A stretch of DNA of 64,000 nt from NCBI GenBank assembly GCA_047967505.1, contig CM106538.1, one strand, 5' to 3'. Positions 9,901 through 24,156 of this stretch are shown one piece after another (positions within the stretch are counted from its first letter, which is position 1; each line of letters begins with the position of its first letter). The notes under the pieces were generated by a model, which saw nothing but the letters and a program-made list of their open reading frames with translations, made no database searches and was not told where the DNA came from. This stretch comes from Dipteris shenzhenensis. Taxonomy: Eukaryota. Position numbers and translations under genes: made by a program.

Positions 9901-12900
9901 CATATGGCAATATCTTTTTAGTGTTTTTATAGCATATTTATGGACATGTTTCTAAAGAAGTTTAAATTACTATAAATAAGTATTAACTTGGGCTTATATA
10001 TTACTCTCATAAAATACATGTAATATTTAATACTATATATGAAAGATTTTCCAAAATATAACTCCACAGATGTGCTCAAATGGGGTGTTCCGATCAATTT
10101 GAGTGGTTGAATGACTATATTTGGACATTGGATATGAAAGTTATGCCACTTTTAAAAGTGCTGTCCAAGGCCTTGGGAGACTTGCTTCAAAGGGGTTTCG
10201 CTGGCGAAACTACCTGGATGGCTTGCTTCAATGAGTTTTCTTTGAAGAAACTCTTTCATGAAGATAGGTTGAGAGAGAGTTTTCAATGTCACCCCCTATT
10301 AAGTAAAAGTTGTAAGAAGGATCATAAGAGAATTTTCATAGAGAAGTCTACTCTACATGTGGGTTTCTTCAAAAGCCATCCCATTATGCTCTCACCATTT
10401 CTATAGATTCACCTAAAGATTTTTGTATAAAATAGGCATTGCTATAATACTTTGCATATTTCTAAGTGAAACTATGTTTTCTTCTGATCAATTTTTGCCA
10501 TATTTATGCATAGTTGGAAGCTTTTTTTTTCCTTTGCTCGGACGCTCGGAAGATTTCGCTCAGAAAATGCTCGTCCCCTAGTTTCCACATGGTGCCCTCC
10601 CAAAAACACCATTCCACTCTGCCGTATACCTTCTCAAAATATAAAAGGTTGCAACTCCTCCCTAGCCCAATCCATTATCTCCCTTGCTCCTAGACAAAAC
10701 CTCTTTGCATGACATGAATAATATCAGGCAGGTGGGGCCTCAACTACAAGCTCAAGACGTGACCTTGGTTGGATCTTATAAGCAATGTCTAGCAAAGTGA
10801 CTGTTCTCCAATATCTAATGTCTGATTTATCTCATCCCTTCAAAATCAAGTAGATCTAGCCTTGGCTCAAAGACTGCAAGAGCGTGTGTGAGTCAAAAAT
10901 CTCCTAGCAATCCAAACAGAATGGCATGGAGATATGCTCCCAAAAACAGCAAAAAAGACACGGGGTTAAGCCATCCTCTCCTTGGCACTTTTGTAGGGAG
11001 AGAGATTTGAGGGCCTTCTAGTGCTCCTCTTCCATGAAAGGAGCCTCCAAGTGGCTACCCAAACTTTGGGGGACTACCGATGGAACCTGTGCCCAAATTG
11101 CCTCTCAGGCTACCAACATCATTGATGACTGCTCCTTTGTCTGAAAGAACTGGTCAAAAGAAGTTTGTGGTCAGCCTCAAGGATCTGTAGAGGATCTATG
11201 TACATCTATCCTTGCATGTCTCGCAGTCTCTAAAGATGCTTCCTAAGTTGATCGTGGCATTGTGGTCTGGAAAAACTATTTGGTCATCCCATTCCCCCTA
11301 CTGCACCCATTTGGCCTTGGAGTGGTATGAGTATTTGGCCCGACAGACCATGGCTTGCAAGTCGAGTCACATGCTCTTGTACCTATTCCTAAGCCACAGG
11401 GAACCTAGGTCATGTTTTGGTCTCTCCCACTGTTGTAGAGCATGTCTCCAATGAAGAGCCTAGAATTGTAGCTCCTAGCTACTCCGCTAAATTGCGTCTG
11501 TAACCCAAGACACCCAACTACTCACTAGCCCCCCCCTAGCTTCCTCCATATTGCGACTATCACCTACTAAACCTCTGCCTCCAGCAAGAGATCATCTAGG
11601 ATAAGGACCTCCTTTTGGGGGAGTCCGAGGCACAGGACTAATCTAAATGGAGTACAATCAAAGAATGATGTGACATCATAGTACCTACTGCTGTAACACT
11701 CAGTCCCCAACATGAAATTTCTTGAGGTGCTATAATAATCCATCATGCATCTTATGGGTGGCCAAAGGAGGAGCCAAGGTTCCTAGGGAACCTAATAAAC
11801 AGTACCACCCTACCGAGGTCTCTACCATTGATCGTGAAAATGAATTGCTCCCATGTGCTCCTCTCCACTACTGGCATCTCCCCAAACAAGGCTCCTTCGT
11901 ACTTGTCATCTACAAACTCAAGGTTATTGAAGTCGCCTCCAAAAATATAGTATCTGAGAGGCTCTCTATTAGCTCACCTCCAAAAGACAAGGCGATGATG
12001 TCTACAAGCGAGTGCATAAATATTATGAATCCCAATTCTATACTCACCAACACATAGACCCATCCACACTACATGACCTACGATGAGCTCGCTTGGCTCA
12101 AAGTCCTCCAAGGCTACTGCCTGAGAGACTTAGATGCAGAACCCTCCACTCAAAGCTATGGGTCTCCTCCTCTACCAAGGTGGAGGGGCGTACGAGGGGA
12201 GCATCAACCTCTAGGTCCTCCACAACACATGTAACATGCTACTCTACAGGAGGGCCTGGGGGTTGGAACCTTCTACTTCAAAAGTTCTACTGGAGGAGTG
12301 ACAAGTGCATCCTCCAAGGGTGAAGGGAAACATGCAAGGGGATCCCCTAACTTATCTTGAGAGTGGGAAGCTACCTGCATTCTCTTCCTATGATTGGCAT
12401 GTTGTGTTTGGCTCTTTGCAGCCAGCTTGATCACTTTCTTTTTTTGTTTTCCCACCTTGGCCCACTTTCCTTTAGAGTGCTCCCCCACATGGTCTGGGAA
12501 TCCTAGTATTGCCTCCTAAGGGGCTGCTAGGTCCCATTTGCCTGGGGCTCCCTTTGCTATCTCTGACCAACCTGCAGGGGCTTAGAGGGGCCCAACTTTG
12601 ACTTCTGGTGCAATCCCTCATTAAGTGGCCCATCTGCCTCCAACAAAGACACACTCCTGGTAACCCAAAAACCTCTAATCTCTATTGAAGTGCTCCCCCC
12701 TCAAGGGTCTCTAGGAGAATCACCTCCAAAAGGGACTCGGGTTTCATTACAACCATTCTGAGCTAAGGGACACCATCGTCTGCAACAAAGAAGGCGTGGA
12801 CTTTGAGGGAGGCTACAACACTATACAAAAAGCCCATCTGATAGAAGGAAGAATGGCTCTATACTCCCGTGGGAGCCCTAAGAATCAGAGCATCACTGAG

Positions 12901-13930
12901 AAGCAAGGACATGGTGTGTCGAGTTCATGTCCTCCACCATGAATCCATGGTACCATGGAAAAAGGTAGACCAAGTGGGTGCCAAAGAGAATAGGGCTTTG
13001 CTACACAAGTGTTAAAGTGGTGGAAGGGGAGCTCAACTAGAGGAGGAAGGCTCCTCTCCCATAGATAGTGACCTCTTGTATGTGATCCCCATCTAATGCT
13101 AAACTCGCCTAAACCCAATCCCTCATCTGTCTCCTCATAGGCATGAGGACAACTATTTTGCCCACTACTTTAATGCCCTGAAGTGATTGCAATGCTAGCT
13201 TCACCTATTGCTTGTCAGCCTATAGAGAGAAGAACCAAGCAAAAATCCTTCTCCAAACCAAGCAAAAATCTCTGCTACTAAAAAAAGGGGGGGGGAGAAG
13301 GAAAAAGGGGAAAAGGGGATGGGAAGAAAGGAGAGAAATGGAAACAAAGGAGAGCAACCGCAAGGTAAGGCCAAAGAAAGAGCTCTTGGGCTTAGGGGGT
13401 TGGTAGAGGCTAAGGAGATTCACTGATCTATCAAAAAACCACACCACCAATTTGAGGCACCTTTCAGACCACCTGAAAACAGCTCCAGACTCTAAGGAAG
13501 GGTACTATGTTGCAAAGAAAGGCTACCAAAAGCTACCAAAAGTCCAAAAGCTACTATAGATGTCTCGAACCAAAAGATAGCTTCTAGCCTAGCCTAAGCA
13601 AGGCGAGGAATCTCAAGAAAGACCTCAATAAGTTCAAGCACCCTTGGGTTGAAACCTATCCCAAGAGTTGCCTCCAAGGCGGGCACAATAACCTCGAGAT
13701 GCTTGTGACTTGATTGCATGTGCTTGGGCCAACTAGACTGAGTGCTGAAAATTTAAGGGGCTATGTGTGACTAGAGAGTCGCCCACTACTATTTACCCAA
13801 GGCACCTACTTGGGGCACGTACTAGCTACTCCGTGAAAAGTGCCTATGCTAGGTGCAAGTCAATGCCTATGCAAGGTGCGATGGCAACACCTTGCAACGC
13901 ACAAAGGCGAGGAGGAGCAAGGTGCTAGCT
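6917..13930 (-). mobile_element. Decayed near-full-length L1-clade LINE
   Basis: Poly(A) remnant (T7 at 6917) and a 3' UTR matching 58800-58870. RT peptide YVEGSAMILEAIRGDLAIYWEASRTQINWTK matches the 56021 ORF. Zinc-knuckle remnant CLCWRQMGHLMRDC at ~12650 (ORF1). 5' boundary approximate. Confidence 0.8.
9578..10577. mobile_element. 1000-bp AT-rich non-autonomous DNA-transposon/MITE-like insertion
   Basis: Flanked by CTAG at 9574-9577 and 10578-10581. Removing it restores LINE RT codons GTMWKLGF. Degenerate ~40-bp terminal inverted repeats. Confidence 0.7.
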
Positions 13931-14187
13931 TTCTATTCCAAAGGAAGGTACTTTCCAATCAAGTATTTTCTTTACTCTTCTGTTATTGTTTTACATTCTA
14001 GATGAAGATCTGAATGTATTGTAGGTCTTCATCATCTTCAAGTCCATTAACTGATGTTGAGGATTGATTGTTTGCTTTTTCATACATGGTTTACACCTTC
14101 ATCTACTTGACCAACTTGCCAGTCTATGCTAGGCTCATTTTTACTCTAGTAGTTATATAAGTCAACAACACTAAATATGGAAGTAGT

Positions 14188-14191
14188 TATA

Positions 14192-14226
<35 letters not shown>
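14188..14226. repeat. (TA)n microsatellite
   Basis: Direct reading. Confidence 0.95.
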
Positions 14227-14228
<2 letters not shown>

Positions 14229-14749
14229 ATGGGAGTAGTTTTCTAGACTATTGGCACCTCAACACTTAATATGGCACTAATTTTGTAGCCAGTTTGTAAC
14301 TCAACCTTGTAATCCTTAGGGCCAACTGTATTTATGACTAAATTGTCCAATCTTCCTTCTCTTTATCTTGTTATTTTTCCCCAACAGTATCTTTCCTTTT
14401 TTATGCAAACCCATCTCTTTTTTTTGCATCTTCTTATATTTTAGATTCTGCTCCTAAAGCTACTACTAAATGACTTCTCAAAAGAGATCTTGCATGCCTT
14501 AAATACATATAGATTTTGCTCCTTGAGCCACTACTTCATGACTTCTCAAGAGATCTCTTGCATGCCTTAAATGAATTCATTTGTAGCTATGCTTTGTTCT
14601 TCTCCTTTCATACATTAATCTTGTACCTTTGTTTATTCTGTGTAGAATAAAAAATAATGACAAGCCTATGGAGTGGTTCTAACTATTGTTGTAAGCAAAC
14701 TTTTCTACCAATGGAGTTTCAATCTTTGAGAAGTTTTCACAAACTTTTG

Positions 14750-15850
14750 ATACATATTCACCATGCCATCACTTCCATATTATTTGACTTCCATGATGCC
14801 ACAATAACCTCAATCAACCTCAAATATTACTGGGTTCCCTTTGCTTGTAAAAGTCTTTCTTCTCTACGTTCATCTCCAACCAATGACTTGCTATAGATCA
14901 ATTTTCAAATACACAATGACAAACTTTCCTCTAAATTTTAATACAATATCTATCAATTTGCTAAAAATTGTAGGGGCATGAGAGTGACCAAGAGATCATT
15001 CATACAAACCATTTGTTGTCTTAAAGGCTATTTTCATACAAGACATTATTTACCTTAAATATTATTTTCAGTGGTCTAATGCTTATCTTTAGATAATATG
15101 ATTTCAAGTATATTGTTATGAGTTTACCTTGCACCTCATAAATTATCAATATGTTGTCCATTTTGGGTAAGTGATATTCACACTCGATTGTAATGTTTTT
15201 CATCGCTTTTATTGACAGACATGCTTCGTTTAATGTCCTTTTTTAGAGCAAGGAATATGGTGAATGAATAAGGAGGGAAATTTTCCCCTATCAATCACTT
15301 TTCTAACTCTTGGATGCCTTCTTATTTGAGCATGCTCCAATGGGTGCCCTATCTCTTGTTTTAATTTGTAACGTACTCCTAGTAATAAAATCAATCTCAT
15401 GCTCAATTTCTCTATGAAGTGGTAGCACTTTTCATATGGCATCCTCATATTTCCTTTTTTTTAAATTATAATAAAAATTTTCAAATCCATCAGGCTCAAC
15501 ATCTTGTTTCTTCATCAACATTAGCAAGTAGCATCTTGTTATGATTGTCAACCACTTATGCTAACTATTAGCTTGTGCTTCTTGAATGCCACATTTATTC
15601 GAAGGATATCATGTATATTTGAAACCATCATTCTCCAATTATATTCGGTTTTCCTTGTATGATGCACACAATAGTCATCATATTGATAGGTTATTCAAAT
15701 TAAAATATCACGGGAAAAATATCACACAATACCTTATCTTTGCACGCTCTTATATCTTTGTCGTCAAATGCACTAAAGTGAGACATAGGGCTTGAATCCA
15801 GCAAAGCTTATATGGATGTGCATGAGGGAACCTTTTTAGATTGAACTCAT
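14750..15850 (-). mobile_element. Possible highly decayed non-LTR RT remnant
   Basis: Weak minus-strand echoes of RT motifs in plausible order (AGF ~15800, YEKCYH ~15430, KQ..G.PL ~15350). No open frame. Confidence 0.3.
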
Positions 15851-16787
15851 GACTCACCAAGTAATCAATGCTTCCATTATCTACAATAATAAGATACATT
15901 CTCCCATTTAGAATTAGTAGATCACCTCCCTTTGAGAATCCTTAGATTGATTGTGTCCCATTGTATTAATGGAAATAGATGTGTTTTTCTTTTTCTTGCT
16001 TCTCATTTGATTTATTTCTATCCATCTCCTCAAGTTCTCTTTATAGTGCCATTGTCTTCCCTTTCTCCCAAGTCATGCATTCAAAAGACTTATGGCCTTA
16101 CACTGTGCCTTTGTAGCATATTTTTTTACCTCTTTCTTCCATTGGAATCATATATTTCCATGTAGACAAACCCCATCCCCTTTAAAGGATTCTTGAAGAG
16201 TTGAGTGAGTTGCATATAGAGTCTTTCATGACCATAATGCATAAAGCATACACTAGGTGAGCACATCAAAGGTTGTTCCCTATCATATGGCAATGTTCAT
16301 GGAAAATAACACCTACCTTTTTGAGATACAATTTAATAATAGTTTCATTATGTCCAAAATTTGTGAACAAATAATTACAAAGGATGATGTAGATTATTGA
16401 GGATTAAACCAAGGGGGATGAAATAGTGATATGCCCCCTAGTGACCAAGTTAAAGCATTAACAAGCAGAACCAATGTAATGTCTCCAAAAGTTGTACAAT
16501 CAAGGCCCCATAAGTTGAACTCCATGGACAATTGAGTACTAACTAAAGGCTAGAGAAGCACATCCTCACGTCAATGATCACCAAAGATCAATGGATGGCT
16601 GAGAACATCCATGGATCAATGGTCATCCAAGATCCATGGTTTTGACAAGATTAACATCAATGATCACCCAAGATGCATGCACGGCTGAGAGAAACCCAAC
16701 ATCAATGATAACCCAAGATGCATGGATGGTTGATAGTTATCCATTAAAAGTAACATTTTTTGCCATGATGTGCTAATCAAAGGTTGA

Positions 16788-16788
<1 letters not shown>

Positions 16789-16835
<47 letters not shown>

Positions 16836-16862
16836 GCACACACGCACGCACGCACACACACA
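16789..16862. repeat. Compound (CT)n(CA)n microsatellite
   Basis: Direct reading. Similar tracts at 17275-17325, 19856-19894 (CA), 20011-20039 (CT) and 45034-45084 (TG). Confidence 0.95.
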
Positions 16863-16974
16863 ACCCTTTTCTTCATTTTTTCCATGCAACTTACATTCTT
16901 TCCCTTGTTACCCCTTTGGTAAAACTTTTTTAACTACCTCTCCCCTCTCTCTCACTTCAAATAAAACTTCCTCC

Positions 16975-17041
16975 AAAACCCCCAAACCCTAATCCCTGAA
17001 CCCTAACCCAAAACCCTAATCCCTAAAACCTAAACCCTAAT
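16975..17041. repeat. Degenerate plant-telomere-like (CCCTAAA) array
   Basis: AAACCCTAATCCCTGAACCCTAACCCAAAACCCTAATCCCTAAAACCTAAACCCTAA. Confidence 0.7.
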
Positions 17042-17271
17042 CTTGGCCTTTTAAACCCAAACCCGTCCCCTCTCTGTCTTATAATTTCCCTCACACCCTT
17101 TCTCTCAACTTCCCCCCCCCTTTTTTTCCTAATCTAATAAAATATTTTCCCTCCTAATATTCTCCCATTTTTCAAAATTTTTCTTAAATCCTCCTAAAAT
17201 TTTCCTAATTTTTCTAAAATTTTTTCTCCCTGTTTTGTCTAATTTCCTTTTTTAAATATTACTCTATGTTT

Positions 17272-17326
<55 letters not shown>

Positions 17327-19854
17327 AAAAAAAAACTTCCCCTAATTCTTCCAATTTTCCAAATTTTCCTCTCGCTAATCACTCCTCTCTCTTTTTCCTA
17401 AATTCCCTAAGTTTAACTCTCTAAATTTCTCCTCTCCCTATTTTTCTTCTCTCTCCCCATTTTTTCCCAAGTTTTGTTTTTCCTCTTTTTCCCCCCTTTT
17501 TCCTAATTTCTTTTATTTTATCCTAATTTCCTATTTGCCCTAATTGTTCTACACACACACACACACACTTCCTACCCCTTCCTCCCCTTTGTTTAATCCT
17601 TAACTCACTTGTATTCTCACCTTACAACGACCAACCCCCCCTCCCCCAAAAAAACTACCCTCCCTCATTCCTTACTTAGCTCTCCTAATTTAAACTTCAC
17701 TTCCTAGTCTTTTATAAGTCAATTAAATTTTTACATCCTAGTCAATTTAATTTTTTATTCTTGCTATCCTTTAAACCCCCTTACTTTCCTTTTTTAGTAA
17801 ATTTTTATTGTCCCCTTGTTTTTTCCTTCCTTTTATTGTTCCATTTTTTAATTTTACCTTCTTATTAAAAACCTTTTTTCCAAACTAACCTTTTTACTTC
17901 TTTTTAAAAAATTTAAAATTTCCCTCTTTTCCTACTATCTTTTTTCCAAACTCCCCCTTTCTTACATTTTATCTCTTCTAACTTTTGGTTTTTTCTATCT
18001 TCTAATCCTATTATGTTTTATGATTTTCTTTTAATTGTTTTATTCCCTATATTAATTTTAGGTATCTACTCTCTCACCCTTTGTGTTTAAAAAAAATATA
18101 TCCTAGATTTCCTAAATCGTTCCTTATTTATTCTAAACTTTCCTTACTATATAGTGCTATTTTCCCCTACTCAATTAATTCACTATTGCCCCATACCTAC
18201 CCCCCTGCCCGACTTCTCAATTTCTACGTAACCTCCTTCTTCATAGTTGTCTGCCGCCCCTATTACAGCCTTTACCCCCCCTACCCGTGCAACCTTTACT
18301 GCCCCACCCATGTGCTCCTTACCCTTTGGGGTTCTGTCCTCACTTATCCTACTCACCTATAGTCTACCCTGCAGCTAGGGCCCTTGCTCCATTGCCGTCC
18401 TTCGTGAGCCACCTCCTCAAACTCCATGCTATAGTACATCGCCTTCGATGTGGACTCTGACTCTACTCAAACGTGTGTGCATAGTCAACTACTTAGCGCG
18501 TATCTCGCCGGTGAGTCATCGCCATGGATAGCCAGGTATGCCTTCTCTATTGCAATTAGGACTCCGTAGTAGTACCACCCACGCTTGACCTCTCCCTTCC
18601 AATTCTTTTCGCCCTTACCCGGTCTCCCATCTACAAGCCCACCACTTTGCATTTATTCGTACATGCACTGCCAACCTCCCTAGTGGTTCTTACACTCACG
18701 CTCTCTGTGATGCACCGCCAAAGCAGACCCACAGCCCCCTTTCTTTTACTCGTCCTTTGTTTAATTAAATTTTGCAATTTGTTATTTTCTTTTTTAATTT
18801 TGTGAATTTTGATTGCCTTTTTACTAAATCTCCTTTTAAACTCCTTTAAGTAAAGTCCCCTTATTTAAGTCTAACCCCTTCCTATCCTTTTACCCTCTAA
18901 ATTCGCCTTTCCCTTCCCCCCCCCTTTTTAAATTGTCCACCCCTCCTTTTTTCTTCTCTCTCATCTATTACTTTATCATCATTAGATTTATCCCTTCCAA
19001 GGTTTTTTCTTATTACCTATTACTCTAATTATTCTAAAGTTTCAAAAAAAAAATCCTTCTTCTTCTTCTTCCAAATACGTAATCTAATGTTCTAACCACC
19101 CCACCTCCCACGGTTCTAAATTTTACTTAAATTGAATTCAATGATCTTAAGGCTCGTCTTAAGCACTTCTAACCCCTTCTTCGTTCATTTTTTATCCTTT
19201 CCCTTTTTTTCAAATCCCACTCATCTTACCATATCTCCCCTCCCATTCCTCACTAAACTACTCTCTCTTATTCCTTTAAATTTTATTTTTTTACCCTCCA
19301 TCCTTTAAATTTCCCTTGTTCAATTTAGTTCTAATTTTAATTTTTAATGTGCTTAATTTCTCTCCTATTAGTCTTAGTATATTTAATTGCTCACATTAAT
19401 ATCATTTTTGTACTATCTCCCATTATTTTCTGAATGCTTATTAAAAAGCTCTACACTCACAAGTTCTCATTAACTTGACTAGTCTGAGGCTGTGTTAGTT
19501 TTTATTGTGACCCCGATAACAAGGGAGGAGTATTTATGACACCTGTCTTCCCAACTAAAGCTAAAGCTGGCTCTTACTATTTTTCTTGTTGGATGGTGGC
19601 AGGTATGCAGATTCTCCTCTTCAATAAAAGAGATGCTTATCAAGACTTCACATGCTTTAATTTTGTTTGCAAATATTTTTTGCTAAAACATTATTGGCAT
19701 TCCTTGTTAATTAAACTCTTACATATTTTTATACATTCTCGTAGGTGTTTTACCTACTCACTCAACCCCTTCCTTTACTCTATAATGTTCTCTTTTTTCT
19801 CTTCCTTGACTCCTTTGTCTTTTAACTATGTAAAAGGGGTTGTTGTCTTGTCTA

Positions 19855-19899
<45 letters not shown>

Positions 19900-20008
19900 T
19901 TATGCATAAGACTATGGTTGAACACCATGATGTACAACAAGATAGGCATAAGACTATGGCATGCCATCCATTTGTCTCAAGTCCACCCACATGTAGGTTC
20001 TTGTTAGC

Positions 20009-20041
<33 letters not shown>

Positions 20042-22436
20042 CTCAAGGTGAGTCATTAGCACTTTGGTAGGCACAAGCACCATCAACAACAATTGGTAGA
20101 ATTGTCAATATAAATGTTACTATACCAAATCAATGTTACACATTCTATTTCAAATAAAATATTCTAAAAAGTTATAACATTGGTATTGTCAAAAAATATC
20201 AAAAGATCCCCTAATTTGTTGTAGTGTATGGGAAGGGGCCTATCTATACATTAAGCTTCTTGCAGTGATCTTGTACTTCCCCCAAACTTTCCATTCTTCT
20301 TCAACCTGAACACATTGGTATAGTCATTATGATCCACAACAACATGTACTTGTAAGAGTTTTGTGACTTCCTCCTTCACAAGCTTTGCATAGTTTGGTTC
20401 CGTTGTGTGGCATTGCTATCTCTTGATTTTGTGTTTATAATTAGCATTATTCAATGTTGACAAGTACAGGCAGGGACTCTACCTCACTCGGTTTAGTCAC
20501 GTGAAAAGACGTCTTACTATTATGTAACGAGGCTCTTTCTTGCCATATAAGAGCTTGACTTTATCTAGCTTGGATGGTAGAAGGGAATTATTGTGTTCCC
20601 AAGTTCAACTTCTAAGCTTGCTCCCTTACTCGAGTGCAAGGCTCTCATACTATGGTTCTTCATGATCTTCAATGACATTCTTGGCTATCATTCTCATTGT
20701 CTTGCCATCTTATATGTCTTTTGAGAACCTTTTAGCTCGGCTATGACTTGGAATAAGGCTATATATCTAATTGGTTAGAAGTTTGACTCCATCAAGTGAG
20801 TCTCTATGTCCTGCAAAAATAAATCAACTAAGCATGTTGCCAATTAGATACTTTCTTGGGGTTGGTTGTTGCTTGAATTGTAGCATCATTTGTTTTGATT
20901 GCTATGACTTATAACCCCTAATCAAGCAACACTTTGGGCCATGATTTTCCCCATAATAGAGCCTTCTCCACTTTGGTAAATCATATACAATCAAAATGGC
21001 AAATGTTTACTCCAACTGTATCACTTGCTATTGATAGAACCTATTGAATCATTACCCTTTGTTAACAACCCCATTCATCGTATTGTTTCTTATATTTTAT
21101 GAAAAATTACTTCAAAGAGACTTGTGCACTAAGGTGCTATTTGCAATAGTTGCCCAAGTTGAGTAGAACTTTTGACTATTACTAGGCTTTCTTGGCCTTG
21201 AGATGTTTTACATATAGACATTTAGATTTATTAGAATGTCAGAATTCATCAATTTATGATTGTCTTAACTACGTTGCTTTTCTATCAAGCTGAGAATGTA
21301 TGTGTATGATTGTTTGTACATGATGTCACAAGTAAAACCATGCTTTAACTTAAGGCACTTAGTGGAGAGAGAGAGAAAAGAGAAGGGGGGTGAATTTGAA
21401 CTTGCATACATTGCTCCTTAAGCTTGCCTCATGATTTCCCCCTCTACCAGTTATGATTCGCTCTACAAATTGATATTTTCTTTTTTGATCATTGGTGTCT
21501 TTCCATCACTCCTGCTTGCTCCATTGTGGATCTATTTAGGTCTTGTCTTGTTGGACTCTTTCCACCATTTTTGCTTGCTCCATGCTGTGGATATTTTCAG
21601 TTGATTTATTTTCTTGTTGAATCTACAAGAAGAGAAGAAAGAGAAGAAGGGTTAATAACATAAGGTCATTCTTGTAAATAGAAAGGCATAGCCTTTACGA
21701 TTAGCGAGCCATACTTGCTTATGACTTACGGGGAATAGTTAATGTACAAGAGCCATTTGTCCCAAAGTATCTTGGCAACTTGCTTGTACATGGTGACGAC
21801 TATGTTGCTCGAGTATACAACATGTACATAATATAGCAAATTGGCGGCTCTATCATATTAGGGTTCTAGGTCCCCACAAATAGTGCTTTATAGCCATGCC
21901 TTAAATTTGTTGCATATCTTCAAGCTTTAAATATGCCCCTAAAGTTTCCAAAAAAAAAAAAAACTTCATAACACCCGCAATGGTTTTGGTGGTGTCATGG
22001 AGTCCTTATTTTAGCGTGGATGAGTTTATCTTTCATGATTGTCCAACGTGGGTTGAGTTTCCTAGTAGTTGGTTGTCCTAGTTGGGGAGGGTATTGAGAG
22101 GCTTGCGAGTTCTTTGGGTAAGGTTCTTCTCATTCCTCCATCAGTGAGAAAGAAAATTGGTCTTAGAATGGCCTAGATCCTCAAGGATAGATGGCAAGAG
22201 GTATGCGAGTTTGTAGAGATCATGTTTCCTCATGGTTTTGGTCCCTTCCTCTATTCTTGTTTAGTCCTAGTGAAAGAAGCCATTACTGGTGGGGGATGAA
22301 TTTGAAAATGTATGGATACAATTGGATATTAGGTGGAGACTAGAATATGATTGAATGTGTAGAGGATTGTTCTCATTTGGGTTAAGGGTTGTTTGGGATG
22401 AAATGGGATGCTTGTGAGGAGTTTTGTTTAGACTAG

Positions 22437-22849
22437 GAGAATGGATAGGTTCTACTCTTTGGGGGAGGGGTGGTGGATGCAGTCCCCCATGGGTGGCAGG
22501 TATCTTTTGCATCCTGGTACCTCAGATCACCTTCTAATTCTATGTAACTTCTCCTTACCAATTGGGTAGGAATGTCCCTGGATGTCCCTTTAAATTTTGA
22601 CAAATGGCATCTTCGAAGTAATACTTGTGATCTAATCAACAAAGAGAATGGATAGGTTCTACTCCTTGGGGGAGGGGTGGTGGATGCAGCCCCCCATGGG
22701 TGGAAGGTATCTTTTGTACTGGTATCTCAGATCACCTTCCAATTCTATGCAGCTTCTCCTTACCAATTGGGTAGGAATGTGTCCCTGGATGTCCCTTTAA
22801 ATTTTGACGAATGCCATCTTCGAAGTAATACCTATTGTGATCTAATCAA
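22437..22849 (+). repeat. 207-bp-period tandem duplication, probably within a decayed LINE 3' region
   Basis: GAGAATGGATAGGTTCTACTC...GTGATCTAATCAA occurs at 22437 and 22644. It contains a DHL..C-like zinc-finger remnant. Confidence 0.85.
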
Positions 22850-23643
22850 GGCTAGGTGGAGAGAATGCGCTGCTAGTATTATGTACCCATGTGAAAAATG
22901 GGTTGTTGTCATAAGAGGACTGTTGGGAGATTGATAGAATCAAAAGAGCATGTGAAGATGCCATTGGAGGTAAGGGGTAGCCTAAGGTTGGCAATGAAAA
23001 GCCATTCAAAGTACTTGTATGTCTCCACTATTTTGGTGGAAATAGAGGAGGCAAGAGTGCATGATTGCTAAGGGAACCTAGTCACTGAATTTTGGCACAT
23101 ACAAGTGGTTTTCATGATGAAATTGAGCAACATTGTGGGAAGGCTGTTGCGAGTCTCAGATGACACAAGAAGGTGGAAGATGTGAAAGTGTGGGCATCTG
23201 ATGATTAGCAGTAAGGGTAAGCCTTGGCTTCCACCACGGAGGAGCTATGGGAGCCATAATCAATAATGAAGGAGAATAGAAAGGCCGATGGTTTAACTAT
23301 TGAGTTTTTTTGGCTTCCCTCTGGGTAGCCTTAGCATTCATTCTCATTTTGTAAAGTAGAATTTCAGAATTTTTAGGATTAATTTGCTTGGCTACCGTAA
23401 AGTGGGAGTTAAGTGTACTAATGGCTTTGAGACGAGCTTGGCAGTGAGCATTCAAGACCTAGGGCCCCTCCTTTTTATTGTCATTCTGTCTCTCTCTCTA
23501 TTCAATACCTCCCTTTGTTTTACATTTTGGGTAGGCCTTATAAATGACAAAAGTACTTCTTTCACCTGTTTGGCTTTCTGGCATGTCTTGATGGAGATTC
23601 TCTTCACCACCAAGCCAAGCAACCTATGGTGAAATACACTAGG

Positions 23644-23835
23644 AGCACTCAATGAAATGATGTCCACGCAATGGTGTAAAATGCCACAAACAGCGCCCAT
23701 CTTCCTCCCCATTTTCTTCTTGGTCGGGCGTCGCCTCGGTTGCAGCACTCAATGAAATGATGTCCACCCAATGGTGTAAACTGCAAGACGCGGCGTCCAT
23801 CTTCCTCCCCATTTTCTTCTTGGGCAGGCGGCGCT
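23644..23835. repeat. 100-bp-period direct duplication in FGT1 upstream region
   Basis: AGCACTCAATGAAATGATGTCCAC...CCATCTTCCTCCCCATTTTCTTCTTGG at 23644 and 23744. Confidence 0.9.
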
Positions 23836-24156
23836 CACCAAGGGGCATGCTCCTATGTGGCTGCCACTCGGAGGAGCATGATTCGTAGTGTAAAAGGGGC
23901 AGCCTCCCATAGATAAATATGGGTGAATTATGAGGATATTCAGGCTTGAAGGTTTAGTAAAATGCTCAATGAGCGCAATAAATTTAAGCACGAAGAGAGT
24001 TTGGCTATGGCGTACTAGGGCTTTGCAAATTCATGACATTGCATCCTCATCTGCAAGCTCTCCCTGCTCCGTGATTGTTGCCAAGAGCTTGGCTATGGTG
24101 CAGTTTGCATTTTCTCACCACCTTTGATCGCCACAGCTCACGGACCATCTCTCGCC

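Noticed and set aside
20400-21100. hAT transposase remnant on minus strand
   Set aside because: Only one weak echo (CLVDLFLQDI); not enough to call.
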